DNA of 64,000 nt. It comes from a virus. The position numbers and the translations under genes were made by a program. Shown here piece by piece: positions 63,712 through 64,000 of this stretch (position 1 is the stretch's first letter; every line of letters begins with the position of its first letter). The notes under the pieces were generated by a model. It was not told the origin of the DNA. It saw nothing but the letters and a program-made list of their open reading frames with translations, and searched no databases. The DNA lies in IMG/VR virus record IMGVR_UViG_3300013232_000047, positions 1-64,000 of that record; one strand, 5' to 3'.

Positions 63712-63789
63712 GGACCCGTAGCTCAATGTTTAGAGCACCAGACTCATAATCTGCGAGGTTGTGGGTGCGAATCTCCACCGGGTCCACCA
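63712..63789 (+). tRNA. tRNA-CAT (Ile2 or elongator Met)
   Basis: loop CT-CAT-AA. Confidence 0.8.
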
Positions 63790-63791
63790 AC

Positions 63792-63876
63792 GGGCACGTG
63801 GCTAAGAGGGAATTAGCAGACCCCTGAGCTTGAGAAGTTCAGAACCTTGGGAGTGCGAGTCTCCCCGTGCCCACCA
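63792..63876 (+). tRNA. tRNA-Leu(GAG), atypical D region
   Basis: loop TT-GAG-AA, acceptor GGGCACG/CGTGCCC. Confidence 0.72.
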
Positions 63877-63882
63877 ATTTTC

Positions 63883-63956
63883 GCCTTGCAAGCATTAAAG
63901 TGATGCAGCGCGCTTTTAACGCGCAGAACACGGAGCGTTACCGTGGCGGGGCACCA
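63883..63956 (+). tRNA. tRNA-Lys(TTT)
   Basis: loop CT-TTT-AA. Confidence 0.83.
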
Positions 63957-64000
63957 TTTCATAGTTCCAGACTCTGCTGTTTTCGGTTCCTTTTTTAGGG

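Noticed and set aside
1-64000. Genome-wide TAG reassignment (code 15) suggested by the CUA tRNA
   Set aside because: Conserved genes are full length in code 11, and several end at TAG next to the following gene.
1-64000. Bacterial chromosome or prophage origin
   Set aside because: There is no integrase or host operon, and the baseplate, phage-type replication genes and tRNA island fit a large lytic phage. The host cannot be inferred from this window.

Overview
This window is part of a large (jumbo-type) tailed phage genome read in the standard code. It has no rRNA or housekeeping operons. Bases 1-42.6 kb hold early and hypothetical genes, probable head/virion proteins sharing an 'IV..LLE' motif, a baseplate wedge, a methyltransferase/glycosyltransferase/transketolase/radical-SAM glycan cluster, and replication genes. 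The replication genes are a DinG-like helicase, a DnaB-like helicase, RusA, NAD-dependent ligase, and a UDG-fused family A polymerase with two inteins. Bases 42.6-64 kb form a plus-strand RNA island: about 38 tRNAs covering all 20 amino acids, a tmRNA, several Y RNAs, many other structured RNAs and a Ro60 (TROVE) gene, interspersed with protein genes (FtsZ/tubulin-like, HNH, receiver, PAS). Top observations: (1) a 44-codon leader ORF using all 20 amino acids and 37 different codons overlaps an antiterminator just upstream of the tRNA island, suggesting a pan-codon attenuator that senses tRNA depletion; (2) a Ro60 system with at least four Y RNAs, a double-tRNA-elbow RNA and a Ro-site hairpin in the ro leader; (3) an intein with a Vsr/DUF559-like endonuclease overprinted in the +1 frame; (4) systematically rewired tRNA elbows; (5) an amber suppressor tRNA and a 41-residue tmRNA tag. 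All calls were made by eye, without database searches.
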